A stretch of DNA of 64,000 bases. Source: Auanema rhodensis. Taxonomy: Eukaryota > Animalia > Nematoda. The notes under the pieces were generated by a model. It was given only the letters and a program-made list of their open reading frames with translations. It was not told the DNA's origin and searched no databases. The stretch covers positions 370,942-434,941 of the forward strand of contig CAXKVF010000080.1 of assembly GCA_964057225.1 (NCBI GenBank). Reading direction: 5' to 3'. Position 1 is the stretch's first letter. The number at the start of each line of letters is the position of its first letter. Of the stretch, positions 58,779 to 64,000 are shown piece by piece. Position numbers and translations under genes: made by a program.

Positions 58779-61700
58779 TTAGTCTAAAAACAAATTTTTA
58801 TTGATATTGGTTCATGGTAACCATGACTTTGAAATTTACGTGAACTTTAATTTATGCTAATTAAATGTACACGTGATGTGCACTTGGTATGTAACTCGCT
58901 TCACGTGAAAGATAAAGAGATGCGGTTTTCAAAATTAGATTCCCCATGTCCATATTAGTCTAAAAACAAATTTTTATTGATATTGCTTCATGGTAACCAT
59001 GACTTTGAAATTTACGTGAACTTTAATTTATGCTAATTAAATGTACACGTGATGTGCACTTGGTATGTAACTCGCTTCACGTGAAAGATAAAGAGATGCG
59101 GTTTTCAAAATTAGATTCCCCATGTCCATATTAGTCTAAAAACAAATTTTTATTGATATTGGTTCATGGTAACCATGACTTTGAATTTTACGTGAACTTT
59201 AATTTATGCTAATTAAATGTACACGTGATGTGCACTTGGTATGTAACTCGCTTCACGTGAAAGATAAAGAAATGCGGTTTTCAAAATTAGATTCTCCATG
59301 TCCATATTAGTCTAAAAACAAATTTTTATTGATATTGGTTCATGGTAACCATGACTTTGAAATTTACGTGAACTTTAATTTATGCTAATTAAATGTACAC
59401 GTGATGTGCACTTGGTATGTAACTCGCTTCACGTGAAAGATAAAGAGATGCGGTTTTCAAAATTAGATTCCCCATGTCCATATTAGTCTAAAAACAAATT
59501 TTTATTGATATTGCTTCATGGTAACCATGACTTTGAAATTTACGTGAACTTTAATTTATGCTAATTAAATGTACACGTGATGTGCACTTGGTATGTAACT
59601 CGCTTCACGTGAAAGATAAAGAGATGCGGTTTTCAAAATTAGATTCCCCCTGTCCATATTAGTCTAAAAACAAATTTTTATTGATATTGCTTCATGGTAA
59701 CCATGACTTTGAAATTTACGTGAACTTTAATTTATGCTAATTAAATGTACACGTGATGTGCACTTGGTATGTAACTCGCTTCACGTGAAAGATAAAGAGA
59801 TTCGGTTTTCAAAATTAGATTCCCCATGTCCATATTAGTCTAAAAACAAATTTTTATTGATATTGCTTCATGGTAACCATGACTTTGAAATTTACGTGAA
59901 CTTTAATTTATGCTAATTAAATGTACACGTGATGTGCACTTGGTATGTAACTCGCTTCACGTGAAAGATAAAGAGATGCGGTTTTCAAAATTAGATTCCC
60001 CATGTCCATATTAGTCTAAAAACAAATTTTTATTGATATTGGTGCATGGTAACCATGACTTTGAAATTTACGTGAACTTTAATTTATGCTAATTAAATGT
60101 ACACGTGATGTGCACTTGGTATGTAACTCGCTTCACGTGAAAGATAAAGAGATGCGGTTTTCAAAATTAGATTCCCCATGTCCATATTAGTCTAAAAACA
60201 AATTTTTATTGATATTGGTTCATGGTAACCATGACTTTGAAATTTACGTGAACTTTAATTTATGCTAATTAAATGTACACGTGATGTGCACTTGGTATGT
60301 AACTCGCTTCACGTGAAAGATAAAGAGATGCGGTTTTCAAAATTAGATTCCCCATGTCCATATTAGTCTAAAAACAAATTTTTATTGATATTGCTTCATG
60401 GTAACCATGACTTTGAAATTTACGTGAACTTTAATTTATGCTAATTAAATGTACACGTGATGTGCACTTGGTATGTAACTCGCTTCACGTGAAAGATGAA
60501 GAGATGCGGTTTTCAAAATTAGATTCCCCCTGTCCATATTAGTCTAAAAACAAATTTTTATTGATATTGGTGCATGGTAACCATGACTTTGAAATTTACG
60601 TGAACTTTAATTTATGCTAATTAAATGTACACGTGATGTGCACTTGGTATGTAACTCGCTTCACGTGAAAGATAAAGAGATGCGGTTTTCAAAATTAGAT
60701 TCCCCATGTCCATATTAGTCTAAAAACAAATTTTTATTGATATTGGTGCATGGTAACCATGACTTTGAAATTTACGTGAACTTTAATTTATTCTAATTAA
60801 ATGTACACGTGATGTGCACTTGGTATGTAACTCGCTTCACGTGAAAGATAAAGAGATGCGGTTTTCAAAATTAGATTCCCCATGTCCATATTAGTCTAAA
60901 AACAAATTTTTATTGATATTGGTTCATGGTAACCATGACTTTGAAATTTACGTGAACTTTAATTTATGCTAATTAAATGTACACGTGATGTGCACTTGGT
61001 ATGTAACTCGCTTCACGTGAAAGATAAAGAGATGCGGTTTTCAAAATTAGATTCCCCATGTCCATATTAGTCTAAAAACAAATTTTTATTGATATTGCTT
61101 CATGGTAACCATGACTTTGAAATTTACGTGAACTTTAATTTATGCTAATTAAATGTACACGTGATGTGCACTTGGTATGTAACTCGCTTCACGTGAAAGA
61201 TAAAGAGATGCGGTTTTCAAAATTAGATTCCCCATGTCCATATTAGTCTAAAAACAAATTTTTATTGATATTGGTTCATGGTAACCATGACTTTGAATTT
61301 TACGTGAACTTTAATTTATGCTAATTAAATGTACACGTGATGTGCACTTGGTATGTAACTCGCTTCACGTGAAAGATAAAGAAATGCGGTTTTCAAAATT
61401 AGATTCTCCATGTCCATATTAGTCTAAAAACAAATTTTTATTGATATTGGTTCATGGTAACCATGACTTTGAAATTTACGTGAACTTTAATTTATGCTAA
61501 TTAAATGTACACGTGATGTGCACTTGGTATGTAACTCGCTTCACGTGAAAGATAAAGAGATGCGGTTTTCAAAATTAGATTCCCCATGTCCATATTAGTC
61601 TAAAAACAAATTTTTATTGATATTGCTTCATGGTAACCATGACTTTGAAATTTACGTGAACTTTAATTTATGCTAATTAAATGTACACGTGATGTGCACT

Positions 61701-63350
61701 TGGTATGTAACTCGCTTCACGTGAAAGATAAAGAGATGCGGTTTTCAAAATTAGATTCCCCCTGTCCATATTAGTCTAAAAACAAATTTTTATTGATATT
61801 GCTTCATGGTAACCATGACTTTGAAATTTACGTGAACTTTAATTTATGCTAATTAAATGTACACGTGATGTGCACTTGGTATGTAACTCGCTTCACGTGA
61901 AAGATAAAGAGATGCGGTTTTCAAAATTAGATTCCCCATGTCCATATTAGTCTAAAAACAAATTTTTATTGATATTGCTTCATGGTAACCATGACTTTGA
62001 AATTTACGTGAACTTTAATTTATGCTAATTAAATGTACGCGTGATGTGCACTTGGTATGTAACTCGCTTCACGTGAAAGATAAAGAGATGCGGTTTTCAA
62101 AATTAGATTCCCCATGTCCATATTAGTCTAAAAACAAATTTTTATTGATATTGCTTCATGGTAACCATGACTTTGAAATTTACGTGAACTTTAATTTATG
62201 CTAATTAAATGTACACGTGATGTGCACTTGGTATGTAACTCGCTTCACGTGAAAGATAAAGAGATGCGGTTTTCAAAATTAGATTCCCCATGTCCATATT
62301 AGTCTAAAAACAAATTTTTATTGATATTGCTTCATGGTAACCATGACTTTGAAATTTACGTGAACTTTAATTTATGCTAATTAAATGTACACGTGATGTG
62401 CACTTGGTATGTAACTCGCTTCACGTGAAAGATAAAGAGATGCGGTTTTCAAAATTAGATTCCCATGTCCATATTAGTCTAAAAACAATTTTTATTGATA
62501 TTGGTGCATGGTAACCATGACTTTGAAATTTACGTGAACTTTAATTTATGCTAATTAAATGTACACGTGATGTGCACTTGGTATGTAACTCGCTTCACGT
62601 GAAAGATAAAGAGATGCGGTTTTCAAAATTAGATTCCCCATGTCCATATTAGTCTAAAAACAAATTTTTATTGATATTGGTTCATGGTAACCATGACTTT
62701 GAAATTTACGTGAACTTTAATTTATGCTAATTAAATGTACACGTGATGTGCACTTGGTATGTAACTCGCTTCACGTGAAAGATAAAGAGATGCGGTTTTC
62801 AAAATTAGATTCCCCATGTCCATATTAGTCTAAAAACAAATTTTTATTGATATTGCTTCATGGTAACCATGACTTTGAAATTTACGTGACTTTAATTTAT
62901 GCTAATTAAATGTACACGTGATGTGCACTTGGTATGTAACTCGCTTCACGTGAAAGATGAAGAGATGCGGTTTTCAAAATTAGATTCCCCCTGTCCATAT
63001 TAGTCTAAAAACAAATTTTTATTGATATTGGTGCATGGTAACCATGACTTTGAAATTTACGTGAACTTTAATTTATGCTAATTAAATGTACACGTGATGT
63101 GCACTTGGTATGTAACTCGCTTCACGTGAAAGATAAAGAGATGCGGTTTCAAAATTAGATTCCCCATGTCCATATTAGTCTAAAAACAAATTTTTATTGA
63201 TATTGGTGCATGGTAACCATGACTTTGAAATTTACGTGAACTTTAATTTATGCTAATTAAATGTACACGTGATGTGCACTTGGTATGTAACTCGCTTCAC
63301 GTGAAAGATAAAGAGATGCGGTTTTCAAAATTAGATTCCCCATGTCCATA
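58779..63350 (+). repeat. 12-monomer unit followed by a related ~14-monomer unit
   Basis: C165T at 59295/61407 and A168C at 59650/61762 (+2112). The later GGTG, GGTT, GCTT(A136G,A168C), GGTG series at 60011-60714 recurs at 62474-63174 after two extra GCTT monomers. Confidence 0.78.
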
Positions 63351-64000
63351 TTAGTCTAAAAACAAATTTTTATTGATATTGGTGCATGGTAACCATGACT
63401 TTGAAATTTACGTGAACTTTAATTTATGCTAATTAAATGTACACGTGATGTGCACTTGGTATGTAACTCGCTTCACGTGAAAGATAAAGAGATGCGGTTT
63501 TCAAAATTAGATTCCCCATGTCCATATTAGTCTAAAAACAAATTTTTATTGATATTGGTTCATGGTAACCATGACTTTGAAATTTACGTGAACTTTAATT
63601 TATGCTAATTAAATGTACACGTGATGTGCACTTGGTATGTAACTCGCTTCACGTGAAAGATAAAGAGATGCGGTTTTCAAAATTAGATTCCCCATGTCCA
63701 TATTAGTCTAAAAACGAATTTTTATTGATATTGGTTCATGGTAACCATGACTTTGAAATTTACGTGAACTTTAATTTATGCTAATTAAATGTACACGTGA
63801 TGTGCACTTGGTATGTAACTCGCTTCACGTGAAAGATAAAGAGATGCGGTTTGAAAATTAGATTCCCATGTCCATATTAGTCTAAAAACAAATTTTTATT
63901 GATATTGCTTCATGGTAACCATGACTTTGAAATTTACGTGAACTTCAATTTATGCTAATTAAATGTACACGTGATGTGCACTTGGTATGTAACTCGCTTC

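Larger units (their letters stand above)
1..64000. repeat. Tandem satellite DNA array, 176-bp monomer, ~363.7 copies, centromeric/pericentromeric-like; runs off both window ends
   Basis: TTAGTCTAAAAAC recurs at 1, 177, 353, 529, 701, 877... Starts follow 7211+176k exactly up to 62299 (313 monomers, no net indel). All copies are in the same orientation with no unique sequence. The centromeric label is inference from length and homogeneity only. Confidence 0.99.

Noticed and set aside
1-64000. CRISPR array (palindromic repeats at regular spacing)
   Set aside because: The sequence between palindromes is identical in every unit, so there are no unique spacers; the period is 176 bp, and there is no leader or cas gene.
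1-64000. Whole array as an assembly or concatemer artefact
   Set aside because: Variants are inherited in collinear, nested blocks with regional domains, which random error or rolling-circle copying of one template would not produce. Local copy-number misassembly cannot be excluded.
1-64000. One array-wide regular higher-order repeat
   Set aside because: Periods differ by region (3, 4, 5, 8, 12, 15, 18/19 monomers) and none persists beyond about three copies.

Overview
The whole 64 kb window is one uninterrupted, single-orientation, head-to-tail satellite DNA array: about 363 complete copies plus one partial copy of an AT-rich (~32% GC by hand count) 176-bp monomer. Consensus, phased from base 1: TTAGTCTAAAAACAAATTTTTATTGATATTG[C/G]T[T/G]CATGGTAACCATGACTTTGAAATTTACGTGAACTTTAATTTATGCTAATTAAATGTACACGTGATGTGCACTTGGTATGTAACTCGCTTCACGTGAAAGATAAAGAGATGCGGTTTTCAAAATTAGATTCCCCATGTCCATA. 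Copies usually differ from it at only 0-4 positions. Monomer length, homogeneity and absence of insertions resemble a eukaryotic centromeric/pericentromeric satellite; I cannot assign a species or named family from memory. I see no genes, RNA genes, transposons, inversions or CRISPR spacers, and the one ORF is a chance stop-codon loss. I found no support for a new gene-encoded system. The information lies in (i) the monomer design, with several palindromes, three regularly spaced ACGTGA cores and nested dyad symmetry, and (ii) the order of variants, which shows local higher-order repeats (4-, 5-, 8-, 12-, 15-, 18/19-monomer periods), long-range block copies (34, 45, 59, 87 monomers apart) and regional variant domains. 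The last ~1.6 kb carries probable sequencing errors. Variant names such as A56T refer to position within the monomer. All counts are by eye.
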